Program-made: the position numbers and the translations under genes
The notes under the pieces: generated by a model
What the model saw: only the letters and a program-made list of their open reading frames with translations
Told to the model about the DNA's origin: nothing
Database searches by the model: none
In this document: positions 12,870-24,650 of the stretch, one piece after another
How the letters are laid out: every line of letters starts with the position of its first letter
Numbering within the stretch: position 1 is the first letter of the stretch
Source: Coniocarpon cinnabarinum
Taxonomy: Eukaryota
Direction of reading: 5' to 3'
NCBI GenBank assembly: GCA_051942205.1
Contig: JAVECO010000006.1
Location: 186,001 to 250,000, forward strand
Length of the DNA stretch: 64,000 nt

Positions 12870-14405
12870 ATGACTACCCGCCGGCGGTCCACCCTCTCTG
12901 TCCTGAGAGAAGGATCGGAATCAAAGATGCCCAGGCAGAGCAGCGATCCTTACAATGACCTCTCGACGACGCGACTCCTGCACTCGCTCTTCAATCGCTC
13001 CATCAGTCAGCCCGGCATTCGCGCCCTGATCCTCCTCATCACCCTTGTGTCCTTGTACACCATCTACGGATCCTTCAACTTCTATCGAGATCCGCTCTCG
13101 ATCTTCTTCTCTGAAGAACATGGCTATGATCGCTTTTACTCTGCTCGGAGAGCCCTGGAGGCGGATGAGTTCATGGACGCGGCAAAAGCTAACCCTGATA
13201 TCATCCAGAAGCATCTGGGACGATCGGGCAAGAACCCTGCTATTTGTGCGACGTTCATTACCGTGGGGAGAGACATGGAGGAAGAGCAATATGTCGATAC
13301 AGCGATAGGATCTATGCTCGCCAACATGTCCAGCGCCGAGCGCGAACTCATCCATCTCAAAATCTTCTTCGCCGACGTCCCCAATCCAGGGACACAGCAC
13401 CGCAGTTACCCCAGCCTCGTCATGTCCGGCGTCGCCGATGAGGTGTACACCTACAAGACGTCCCTCCCTCAGAACATCAAAGAGCCCGTCATGAAGAACC
13501 TCGTCGAGTTCGCGAGTAACCACCATAACCCGCACGCTCTGGAGAAGAAAAGCATGCACGATTACTCCCACTCGATTAATCAGTGCCTGCATACGACGAA
13601 CGCGCCGTACATTGCGATCTTTGAAGACGACATCATCCTTGCAGACGGCTGGGCCGCGCGCACCCTCACGAACCTCCGCCGCATCGAAGAAATGATGCAA
13701 GATCCCATGCGCCGGAACCCAGAACGGGGCCGAGTCGACGCCGGACGACCCAACAGCTGGCTCTACCTGCGCCTCTTCAACCAAGAACGCTCATTCGGCT
13801 GGGCAGGCGGCGCCGGCTTCCGCAGCAACAACGTGCACATCATTTCTCTGGCGATCAGCGCGCCTCTCTTCATCATTCTGCTGGTGGCTCGCCGCTTCCT
13901 GCCGCGACGCCTCGGCCGCCACCTCGACGGCTGGGTCCTCTTCATCGTCTGCGGCGTCTCCGTCCCGCTGTTTCTCTGGCTCTTCTACGCCTCCGGCAAG
14001 GCGTCCCTTATCGGCTCTCCGCCCGGCGTGCACGAAGAGTTCTTCGGCTGCTGCAGCCAGGCGCTCGTGTATAACCGCCAACACGCGCAACCCCTCGCCG
14101 ACGACCTCATCGGGCGCATGTTCCACGAAGAAGGCGGAAGAGGCGACATGATTACGAGAGAATTCGCGTGGAATCGCGGCCTCTCCCGCATCTCCGCTTA
14201 TCCCATGGTCGCGCAGCATATTGGGGAGGTCACGAGCGCGGATACAGACAGCGAGGAGACGAAGAAGATCTGGAGCATGGAGTTTGAGAGCTATAGCGCG
14301 AACAAGCTGGCGCGCGAGCATGAGAACATGGTTGGGGATTTGTTTGGGGAGGATGCCGTCAAGCAGATGTATAATATGTGGAGTGATAGCGGACAGAGCG
14401 CTTGA
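12870..14405 (+). CDS. PGAP4/TMEM246-like integral membrane GT-A glycosyltransferase
   Basis: 511-aa ORF: N-terminal TM, acidic metal-binding motif IAIFEDD, YLRLF, two internal TMs, then CCSQALVY and QHIG. This topology matches PGAP4-type enzymes. Confidence 0.7.
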   Translation: MTTRRRSTLSVLREGSESKMPRQSSDPYNDLSTTRLLHSLFNRSISQPGIRALILLITLVSLYTIYGSFNFYRDPLSIFFSEEHGYDRFYSARRALEADEFMDAAKANPDIIQKHLGRSGKNPAICATFITVGRDMEEEQYVDTAIGSMLANMSSAERELIHLKIFFADVPNPGTQHRSYPSLVMSGVADEVYTYKTSLPQNIKEPVMKNLVEFASNHHNPHALEKKSMHDYSHSINQCLHTTNAPYIAIFEDDIILADGWAARTLTNLRRIEEMMQDPMRRNPERGRVDAGRPNSWLYLRLFNQERSFGWAGGAGFRSNNVHIISLAISAPLFIILLVARRFLPRRLGRHLDGWVLFIVCGVSVPLFLWLFYASGKASLIGSPPGVHEEFFGCCSQALVYNRQHAQPLADDLIGRMFHEEGGRGDMITREFAWNRGLSRISAYPMVAQHIGEVTSADTDSEETKKIWSMEFESYSANKLAREHENMVGDLFGEDAVKQMYNMWSDSGQSA

Positions 14406-15129
14406 GTTGGGTGAGATGTGTAAGGCATAGCGCGGTGTTGTGGCATGGTTTGCGGTCGAAAATACATACTTGTCAGATATCGAATCGAATTTGTCAAACA
14501 CAAGATTTGGTCTTTGTGCTACACACGGAGAGCTCATACGGCCATGTTGGAACGGGTGAAATCTGCTGGGCTGGACGTAGATTCACAGGGCGGTGTCTTC
14601 AGGAAGCTGATAAAGACTGCGACGTGTTTCATAGATGTACATGCCATCAGCAAATCTCCCACGTCCGTTCACAAGCCCAGCTCTAGCACTTCGACCCACA
14701 CCGTGTCTACATTGGTACATTCCAAGATCATGGCGACGACAAAAGCAACATTCATCACGTCTAAAGCACGAGCGAGATATACATTCTCGAGTCGTAACCA
14801 TGAAAGGAGCAAAGAGCCGTCTGAGAATTCTAACACGAGTCGTCATTGATGTTTAAGCAATCCAGAAATAACAGTCATGGCGTCGTTAATCAGATACAAG
14901 TAAAAGGAGAGATCTGCATCATTTTCTTTTCTGAGCGAGGTGATGAAAGCTTTTTCCATGCTGAGTCGAGTACCCGCAAGATATCCGTCCAAACCATGAC
15001 CAAACCACGACCAAACCAAAATCATAGCCACTTTGGCTGAAACGTCAGCGAACTGAGGCCTTCTCTCAAGACCGCGTCAAGAACAACGCCACCGCTCTTT
15101 TAACCCCCAGAACCGCCGTCGAAACAACC

Positions 15130-18100
15130 TCACATAGTCGTCGCGCGGGACACAACCTCCTCCGCCCGATCCTCCCACTCCACCGAAATACTCGCCTCCG
15201 CATCCATCGAGTAAAGCCGCAGCCCAATCGTCGCCAACGCAAACCAATCGTCGTCACTGAACAGATCCTCCTCCCCGTCATTGACGCCGACGTCGAAATC
15301 GTCTTCGTCGACGGAGCCGTCGATGTCGCTGTCCCAGGGGAAGTCGTCGGCTGCGACGGAGCCCACGTCGGAGACGTTGGAGGTCCAGTCGTCGTCTTCG
15401 TCTTCTTCGTTTTCGGGGGGAGGGGGGTCTTGTTGGACGGTTATTGAGGGACCGTTGTTGGGAATTGGTTGCTTGGCGTCTGCGTCTTTGGTCTCTGCGT
15501 CTTTGGGCTCGTTTGGAGGCTCTTGGGTTTTGTCGTCTTTTGTGCGGATCGTGACGACGACGGCTTTGCCGTTGGCGATGGGAGCATCTTGATTAGAGGC
15601 GATGGCGGGGGAGGTGGCCTCGATTTGGGATGAAGACGCTTCTTCTGTTTTCATGTCTACCGCTGAGTCTGATGGAGAGACAGACTCTGCGTTCTCTCCT
15701 TGGACATTCAGTGCGGGCTTTGTTCCATCTGAAACCGTGTCTTCAGCGCGGCTCTGAGCTTCAGGTTCTACCTTGGCGTCCTTCAATGGTTGACCTAGGG
15801 ATACTTGTCAGAACTCAGGCCTGGACCAGACGCGAGAAGAAAACACGACTCACCTGATGTTGCCTGCTCTTCAGTCTTATTCGCACTGTCGTCAGCGCGA
15901 CCTTTGTCTTCCTCTGCCTTCTCCTCCGCAGCCCGCGCAGCAGCTTGTTTCCTCTCCTGTTTAGCCGCCTTCTTCGCCTGCCTCTTCTCACGCTCCCTCC
16001 GCTTGATCCGCTGATCTGCCGTCTTTCCTCGTCGACGCCTTGCTCGCTGCAACTCACGGATAGCCCTCATATCTCCATGCTTTCTCTCCCGCGCCGCCTT
16101 CTTCATCCGCTTCATCTCTGCAATCTCCATCTCTCGCAGCCTCCCGCGTGAGTGTGCAAGATCGAACATCTTTCCCACGCTTAAAATCTTCTCAATGTCG
16201 TACGTTTCAAAATCTTTGATGATCTCTGCGGCAGTCTTGCCGGAATCGTAACGCCACGGGGTCAACTTGAGTCGGACGACGTATGTGCCAGGCTCACAGT
16301 CTAGCTCCACTGACACCGATCGGCCTGAAGCTGTTGAAGACATACTGCGAACCAAGTATTCAGTTCCCCCTTCTTTATAGACACGGAAGTGAAGCTCAAA
16401 CGAATAGCGACCACGCAAAGCCTCGAAATATCGGTCATCAGGCTGTGAGAGCATGATGCATACAGGTCCAGGCTTGGTAATGTGGAGGTTGAACGTGGTT
16501 GGTAAGTAATCCGTGTCCGAGTAGTTCACTGAGCGAGGAACGCTGACTGTAGTCCATTGCTGAGCAATTGTCCATTCAGGTCCAAACAGCCTTGTTCGAT
16601 CAATCTGAGGATACGCTTTCAGAAAGTCCTCGAGTGAGATCCAGAAAATGCCATCGTCACCAAAGGTGTGGTCGAGCTCTCTCATCGTGTCTGGCGTCCA
16701 TTCCTTAGAGCCGTCAGACCTAGATTATTGTCAGCGTCACGAGATTTGCAATGTCAGAAACCGTCTCACCAAGCGCCAGTCCACTCCGTGTCGCCCCATG
16801 GGTTGCGGACTTTCAGGAGACGCACAGTCTTTTCTTGATTCGTTGGTTTCCCATCTTTGTCTTTGGCATCTTTGTCTTTGACCTTGACAGTGCGGGCCGT
16901 AAGAACGGTGTAGGCGTGTTGGGTGACGACGCCCTTCGTTTCAGAGGAATCTTGATCCGCGTAGAGTGCAATTTTCGAGCCGCAGCCAAACAGAAAGTCC
17001 GTGTTGGCACGCTCAAGTTCCGCCCAGAAAGCATCTTTGTCAAGAATATCCTCTGCATACATGGTGGAGTTGACGCCGCCTGTCAGGTCCTCAATGCCTT
17101 CTCCGGTCCATCCCCCTTCAGTGGATTGGTACGACAGATGGGCTTTTGCATACGCCTTCTCGAGCAGAGGAAGCCACGTCTCATTGTCGCTTTTGCAGCT
17201 CGCAAAGTAGAGGCTGTCGGGACCTTTTGGGAGCGACTTGAGGAACTTCTCGGGCAAGGCGCTTTCGGTTTTCGTGTTGTCCGGGTTGAAACTGAGCAAG
17301 CAGTGTCGCTGGTCTTCGTGGAAGCGCACACAGAGTTTGTCGTCGACAACAGCGGAGATCCATTCACCGTCACGATGAAAGCAAAATCCATACACCCCGA
17401 CTTGCTCATCACGATCTACGCATAGGCGCTCGATGTTCTCCGGCTTGCCAAGAAGTGCAGTCACGGATGCAAGAAACCAGCAGTCGCCCGCGTACATGCT
17501 CTGCCGCACATCATTTGCAGTGGCTCCATCAACAAAAAACTGAGGGTTGTCAAAGATATCCTGAAATTGTCAGCCTTTCTCGAAACGAAAATCATCAGAC
17601 AGATACGACAGACTCACCCCGACTCGCTTCACGTCAGCCACAGCATCCCTGTTGTTATTCGCTCCGATGAAATGCGGATCGCCGTTCACCAAGCCGGTCA
17701 AAGACACTAGCGAACGGCGGGACAGCAGATCAAACATGGGGTCGTGATACTTCTTATTGAGACGCTTGCACTCAGCCACGATCGCGCGGACCTTCTTGCG
17801 GCAGGTCTCGGCGGCTTCTTCGAACGAGGTGGCAGCGTTCTCCCGTGAGGCCAGGCCATCTCGATTACGACCGGCAGCTTTCCTGTGCTTGCCAACGACA
17901 TCCTCGTCAAGGCCTGCGATCCTCGATCTCGACGGCAAAGGCTGCCTCTGGGTGAACTTGTCCCATACATGGTAGAAGCGGTCATCTTTGGGTTCCGGCT
18001 TGGATTGGTTGGAGTCGTTTGCGTTGGTATCATTACCTCGATCGCCTTTCCTGCTGCGACTGACACTGCGACTGACGCTGCGACTGGGGCCGTCTCGCCT

Positions 18101-18208
18101 GCTTGGGGCTGGCGACTGGCCAGACGCATCGCGCATGCCTTTGTTCAGCCGATGCTTAGCGCGAGAACGACGCAAATCGCCTTTGTAAGGTTTGTCACGA
18201 CGAGGCAT
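15130..18208 (-). CDS. Calpain-like cysteine protease (peptidase C2) with domain III and a charged/acidic tail, 4 exons
   Basis: Catalytic triad motifs Q..GDCWFLA, HAYTV and RNPWG; LLEKAYAK, DDGIFWI, LSQPDDRYF. Introns near 17560-17617, 16719-16769 and 15795-15853. Confidence 0.88.
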
Positions 18209-19328
18209 CTTTGCCGTTCTGTTTGACGACAACAAGGTAGTGACGTTGGGAGAAAAAGAGGCAAAGGTGGAACAGATATGAGTGTGAATGTTGCTCTTAC
18301 TGGGAAGCAAGAAGAATAAGAAGAAGTGGAAGAAACAGAAAGCTGGGAAAAATATTTAAGCAGCAACAGAGAGGGCGTACATATAACAAGCGGTAGGAAG
18401 CCAATGCAGCGCTTGGGAGGCGTCAGCATGCAATGTACGTAGGTACGTAAGCGCTACAGCGGCAACGTGCAGCAGGCTCGGCGAGGCATCAGGGGCCAGG
18501 ACCGTTGAGAAGTGCGGATGAAACAGGCACGCATACAAGGCCAGACGGGACGGTATGCGGAACTGGGATCAACGCGGTCGTGCGAGTTGATTTGCAGAGC
18601 TGGCTACAGGAGGAGGTTGCGGCCACGCAGGCAGGCAACGCTTGGAGAGGATGAAGTGGCACGGCGAGGGACATGAGACGAGGCGCCGGCGAGGTCGAGA
18701 CAAGACTCAGGCAAAGCAGGCAGCGGAGCGGCTGAGACTGATATGCAGGTCGGAGTGGATTTCATTCTTGCGTTTGTCGTTGCCGCGGAGTGATGGCACG
18801 GATGGGTGGGAGGAGGAAAGACAAGTGGAGGAGAGAGACGGCGCGCGCAGGCAAACGGCGGAGTGAAAGCCAATGCCTTACCCCGCAAACGGCTGGTGGA
18901 CATATCACGTGGTTGGCCATTGTGGCAGCCACTGGTGATCTCACCTACAGCATCTCCACTGCTACCATTCTATTGATGACAGCTCTCCACATGCACATCA
19001 ATCATCCCAAGCTGATGTGTTGCAGTGCATGTATTCAATGCTCCAGCAGGCACTCCAGTAGGCGACGCTCAGCTTCACTTCAGGCGGACGGATGCGCACT
19101 TATCCTTTGAGATCCTCGACTACAACACCGAATACTGCGACGCTTGCCTGACCAGTTCCAGCAACACCCGAGTGCCAACGCAGAGCTTCCAATCATCTTC
19201 TGCGGAACAGCCTGTCTTTCAAACAATCAGTCTTCCACCAAAATATTCTAGTCGCAAGCGTCTAGCAAATCCATCCTACTGCTCTGCTTGTTCACTCCGC
19301 ACGCGATCAATCGCTGCACCACGTACTT

Positions 19329-19866
19329 ATGAAAGCCAAGCGATTAGGGCGGGTACGTGTCTTTCTGCATCTCTGATCCTGCCTATGAGACGAAGCCAAT
19401 GACCTTCGTTCAGGAACTCCAAAAAGCCCAAACCGGCCTCCCGCCGGGCATCACCCTCATCACCGCCCCCGACTTCACCCAATGGGACCTCGACCTCCAA
19501 GTGCTCGACGACAACCCCATCTACAACCACGGCACCTTTCGATTACGATTTCTCTTCGGTGACCGCTACCCCATCGAAGCCCCCGAAGTGTTCTTCCTGC
19601 AGATCCGTGACAAGGACCCCGCGAATGATCGCTCGATACCAATACACCCGCACATCTACAGCAACGGGCTGATATGTCTGGATTTGCTGGGCAGTGGTTG
19701 GACGCCGGTGCAAAACGTGGAGAGTACGTGTTTGAGTCTGCAGAGCATGTTGGTTTGTAATGATCGGAACGAGAGACCGGAGGGGGATGAGGCGTTTTGT
19801 ATGAGGACGCGGCCGGGGATGAGCACGAAGGGCATTGGGTTCGTGTATGATGATGATAAGGTTTGA
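19329..19866 (+). CDS. Ubiquitin-conjugating enzyme E2, UBE2W-like
   Basis: MKAKRLGR|ELQK after removing intron 19353-19413. YPIEAPEV and HPHIYSNGLICLDLL; HPH in place of HPN is the UBE2W hallmark. Confidence 0.88.
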
Positions 19867-20086
19867 CGTGGTACTGTGATAGTCGCGGAGAGCTATCGAT
19901 CAGCACGTCATTACTGGACCTTGCATAACGACCGGCATGAGCATTACTACGGCCTCGACATACTGCACGCAGTCTTGCATACGATAGAACAGCCTCGTGG
20001 CTGTCTCATGGAATCGAGCCATGAGGTTTGGCTTCAAGTATCGTCCATCTTCTCGTTTCATCATCATCATAAACCTTGCGCTGGTC

Positions 20087-21394
20087 TTAACCCACTTCTC
20101 TCAGTTCATTGAGACAAGTTCGTAATCGCCGGCACTTCTCCCGCAAGACTTTGATGCTTTCGACCACAAGCTCGTCGCTGTCCCACTGGCCCGTGCTCTC
20201 CACACTGAAAATGAAGTGATCTCGTTGCCGGCCCAGCTTGACCTTGTCTTTAAATTCTTCATGCCGCAGCACCTCCCTCGTCACTGTATCCTTGAACGTG
20301 TTCTGCACCACCGCTTCATCCGCCTCCTCTTCATCCTGCTGCAGCGCGCCGCCCACAGCTTCAGCCTTGCCCATCTTCTTCTCTAGCCCGATCACGCCGT
20401 CAGGAAAGCATTTCTGGAATCTTCGCGCAGCTGGCCCTCTAATGGGTGTTGAAATGTCAATCGTGGGTAGTAACCGGTAGCTCGCCGTCGCGACGGGGGA
20501 GAATTTGGCGTGGTCAGCCCCCATGCCGAGGTTGGCATGACAGACGAGATCAATCTCGTGTCCCGGCCTCAATTTATCGAGCAGAATGCCAGGATAGACC
20601 GGCCGTATCGGATCCTCAGCGGGAAATTTGAACTCTTGCTGTCCGATCGGCGTAAACTTCAGGTCACTCGCGTAGATATGCGCACTTTCATATAGCTCCT
20701 TCGGGTCCGTGACATCCTCCTCTCGGAACTTTCGCTCCCCGTCCGTCTTCCACTTGCAAGCCACCTTCATCTCAAGCTGTACCGTATTAAAATCCGTAGG
20801 CGCGTCTTCATCCCCAGGCCCGACCACGCCTTCTTCCTCGACGTCATCAGCGGTTGGGCCGGGATCATCCCCCATACCCTCACTTGGCCCCGCCATGCGA
20901 CGTCGTCGTCTCCATCTTAGCCATCGCAACCCCTCTTTCGATCCACGCAAGGGCACCAAACCGATTCTTTGCGCGAGAATCTCATCGTGCACTATGCCTG
21001 TATTCTGATTTATGAAAACATCTTCGATGGCGAGGGTGGGGATTTCGGCGAGGAGGATACGGCGCAGCGCATTGGCGAAGGAGGGGTCGACGCCGATGAG
21101 GGAGAAGACGGCAAGCAGTGGATAATTCTGGTGGAATTGGACTTTGACGTTCTATCGGCTTGTTAGAAGCTGCACGAGTCCTAATGAGGGTCCTTTACTT
21201 TTCGGAACTGGTCGGGTTGCCAGGAGTGGTCTTCGCCCGTGTAATGATGTGGGTATTCTTTTGAGCTGATGTTGTTCACGCGCTCAGCGCCGATTTGAAC
21301 CGTCTGATAGGTTGTCAGCGCGTTTGAGCTTCAGATAATTACAGTATCGACTTACGTTGCGTTCGCGCTGTTGCGCGGGCGACACAGAAGGCAT
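20087..21394 (-). CDS. RPC40: RNA polymerase I/III shared subunit AC40
   Basis: FANALRRILLAEIPTLAIE, HDEILAQRIGLVP, KLRPG, HAKFSPVATASYRLLP, KCFPDGVI and HFIFSVESTGQ. Two short 5' introns. Confidence 0.93.
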
Positions 21395-21806
21395 GGTGAG
21401 ATCCTACGTATGCGCAGTGAGGTCTTGAAGCTGTCGGAAAAGCTAACGAAACACCGCTGTCACATGAAATTTCGCAAATTCTTACGTGCAGGTAGTGGTT
21501 TAGAATACCGATTTTTATCTACACGAGAGCGTGGGCGTATTCTGGCCTTGTAACACGCTCCTTTTCATGACGTTGAAGCAAAGCAATTAGCTTGGTCGTT
21601 CGAAAAGGACACCATTCGCTTACAGCAGCTTCATCAGTTCAGGCTTCGTTCAATGCGTGAGGGTCATGGCCCGTAATTTCCAGTACCTCGTGATTGCATT
21701 TCACTCATGCTCTTGAATTAGCGAAATTCGCAATGTTTGGGTTCCTAGCGCCTGCGTGGAAACTCCCTGGTTGATCATGACCATTATGTACACTGACATG
21801 AACGTG

Positions 21807-22622
21807 TCAAAGCCTCAGATTTCTTAATAGCCCCAACCCCGACATCGTCACCCAAGTCGCAATGACAACTCCCAAGCCAGACGCAGGGGCACTGAGCGTA
21901 TCCGCCGCCGCCGCCGCGCTTGCGCTGGCCGATCCACTGCCACTCGCTCCCGCCCGCGCACTGCTTGCTGTTGTCCCAACCACCATTGTGCTTGTACCAG
22001 GCTGATTGGTACTGGCTCCACCCACAGTCATTACAGGCGTGCTGGTTACCGTGCTGGGCCCAGCTAATGGCGAAGAGCCTGTGTTAAGGCTGAAGCCGCT
22101 CGGACTAGCTGACACGCCTGGTGAAAGTGTCATTCCTGGGCTGAGGCTCGTTTGTAAGGTTGTCGAGTTTGCGGCGATGGGCGCGAGACCACCACCGAAA
22201 GTTCCAGAGGTGGCTGTGGAGGGCTCTGGCGCGATAGTGCTTGCTTGACTTCCTAGACCAGGAACAGAAGTGGAAACAACAGAGTAATTGCCTGTTGGTG
22301 TGGGGTTCGTAGCTGGACTCATTGGCATAGGGCTACCACTCGCTCTCAATGAAGTGGCGGGTATCATGGGTATGGGACTGCCACTGGGGCTCAGCGTTAG
22401 GCCTGGCGAGAGTTCAGTCGTCATACTGCCCGACGCGCCCGCATCGCTAGAGCTGGCGGGCATGGGGCCGGGGTTTGAATCGCCAGACGCAGGTATAGGT
22501 GAGGTTGCGGGGCCAGACGAGGTGGCTGGAGAAAGTGGAGCGGCGGCAGAAGCAGAGTTGGCAAGAGAGAGTCCTGGGGAAAGCTGGGTGGTGAGAGGGA
22601 ATGCGCTGGACTGTTGTGCCAT
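21807..22622 (-). CDS. Ser/Pro/Thr-rich putative GPI-anchored cell-wall protein (5' exon uncertain)
   Basis: 271-aa low-complexity ORF with three LSPG(L/M)(S/T)L repeats and a hydrophobic C-terminus preceded by small residues. Confidence 0.65.
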   Translation of the reverse strand: MAQQSSAFPLTTQLSPGLSLANSASAAAPLSPATSSGPATSPIPASGDSNPGPMPASSSDAGASGSMTTELSPGLTLSPSGSPIPMIPATSLRASGSPMPMSPATNPTPTGNYSVVSTSVPGLGSQASTIAPEPSTATSGTFGGGLAPIAANSTTLQTSLSPGMTLSPGVSASPSGFSLNTGSSPLAGPSTVTSTPVMTVGGASTNQPGTSTMVVGTTASSARAGASGSGSASASAAAAADTLSAPASGLGVVIATWVTMSGLGLLRNLRL

Positions 22623-23615
22623 GGCTGACGGCTACTGAATAAACGAGTGGTACCTATAGTTTAGTGATTGGAGAAATCTGCAGGCTGAATGTTGTGCCTA
22701 CATCGGTACACAAACAGCAAGTTGCGGCAAGTAGAAGCGGGCTTGTGCAAAGAGAGAGCTCACGAAGCGCAGGCGATACATCAACAGAGTGCGAGCGCGA
22801 TGATAAGCATGGGTGATATGTAGTCTGAGAGGGACGTGCCGCCGCGCGTCAGGGCACAGGCATGGGGGTGTTTGATGTGACGCTGCTGCTACGGTTGGTG
22901 GGATGGCCACAGCTGTCACAGGACGTCGCAACTTGGGGCTAGATCAAGCTGCCAATCACACGCCGCAGTGTCGCGTTTCAGCTGAGGGGCCACGGGGGTA
23001 GGTTCTTTTGCTGGGAAGGTCACATCCTCGTGTCGACCGCCGAAGCTGGGCGCCCACGGCGCCTTGGAGCAGGCAGCTTGACGGCATTACGTCAACTCTA
23101 CGTTTTATGTTCTGAAGAGCGCATACGAGGTATAGAGAGGACGTAGATCACCGGTGAACACGCACGTTGTCTACGCTGAGATGCCAAACGACACAGGTGA
23201 CGAATGTGTGGGATAGTCTCCCGCCGGGCGTTCCGCGGTGATTTTCCGCTCTCCGCTCAGCTCCGTCACAAGACCAGGCTGGCCCACCTTTTTGTAACCG
23301 ACTTCGTGTCTGTATTTCCACTACCGTGCTTGTCCTGGGTATCACCGTACGCCGCGCCGACTCCCACACCTCCTTCTCTACTTGTGTCTACAGCCCATAA
23401 TAAAGTCATGGTATGTGAGGTAAGTATGTGAAGTGCCTGCGACTTATCAACTTGAGAACCTCAAGACTTGTAAAATGTATTGAAAATGATATTGAGACCC
23501 GTATGTAAGAGCTAGGTACAAGACAAGGAAAACAGATATGTCCGTTTGACGTGTGTCTGTTACTCGACAACAAGAGGTGGTGGCAACGTGGCGCAATGGA
23601 TCCACTGCCTCACGA

Positions 23616-24650
23616 TCATGGTCCTTGACAAAAGGATTGCACGATGTCGATCCGGGGAATGTCATAGGTCTTGCCCCCATCACTGCTTGAAATGGTGCTC
23701 GGAGTCGCACCAGACGCGTCGACTGCTAGATTAGGTGCGGGGATGTTCAAGGTGATTGTGGTGTCGTAGTACGTCTCAGCTGGAGTATCTGTCTATTACG
23801 GTATTCAATTAGTAGACGAAGAGTCGAAGATCTGATCACTTCACTTACTGAATAACTTCCGTGACACTCTGTTCCCAGCCCCAAGCCAGCACCTGGCCCT
23901 GACGGCTCGGTCAAGGTAGACAATACCGCGCCACTGACACCTTAGCTAGGACTCTACTACAGCTTGCTGCGAAGGTCGAAATACATACGTGTCTGTCAGA
24001 GTTCCCGTCTGCACAACATTGGCGCCGTCCCAATGATAGCAGATCGTGACGTTTTGACCAGCGGGAACGCTCTGACCATTTGACGCAATCCCAGCTTGGC
24101 TTGATCCTTGAGCTTGGTCAAGCTGGTAGGCACTGGCGCACCAGCCGTCGGCGGGACTGTTGCAGCCCCTAGCAAGATTGCATTAGTCAATTGCGACACG
24201 AAATGTCTTGATAGCTACTGAAAGCGTACCCAAGGCTCTCAGAATTGTCGGACGTGAGCAGAAACTGTGTCAGCTGGACATCTGTGGTCGACATGCCTGG
24301 CCAAAGAAGCAGAGTCTGCTGACTGGGAAGGTCGGGCAGCTCAAGCGTAGTGCAAAAGTCTGTGATTACAGGTGTCGTGGTGATGTCGTCGCCGGCCTGG
24401 TACGGGGTGTTGACTAAGGGACAAGGTGTCAGCGATGTGAGGGCTCAAATGCTGAAAGATTCGGAGGACAGAGGCGGATATGATTGTTTCAGCCGGTGAG
24501 ACTAGGATCTACCGACAAAGGAGAGAGAGAGGCTACGTGCAGGACTCAAGACTTACATCTCCACACTGGGGCTGAGCCTCCAGCATGTGCAGCACCAAAC
24601 AGAAAACTTGCGGCGAGGAAAACATGGCCGGCTCTGATAGTTGCTGACAT
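23616..24650 (-). CDS. Small secreted protein, 5 exons; paralog of 41600-42677; not resolved in the ORF track
   Basis: Manual splicing gives MSATIRAGHVFLAASFLFGAAHAGGSAPVWR|FNTPYQ..TTLELPDLP..LLLWPGM..LTQFLL..|GCNSPADGWCA..|..LSTLTEPSGPG..GTECHG..|..YYDTTITL..SSDGGKTYDIPRIDIVQSFCQGP*. Donor and acceptor motifs flank each exon. Confidence 0.8.

Noticed and set aside
12921..14537. Long antisense ORFs (287 and 248 aa), and similar ones opposite calpain, NACHT and BRR2
   Set aside because: These are shadows of GC-rich codon-biased sense genes and have no motifs.
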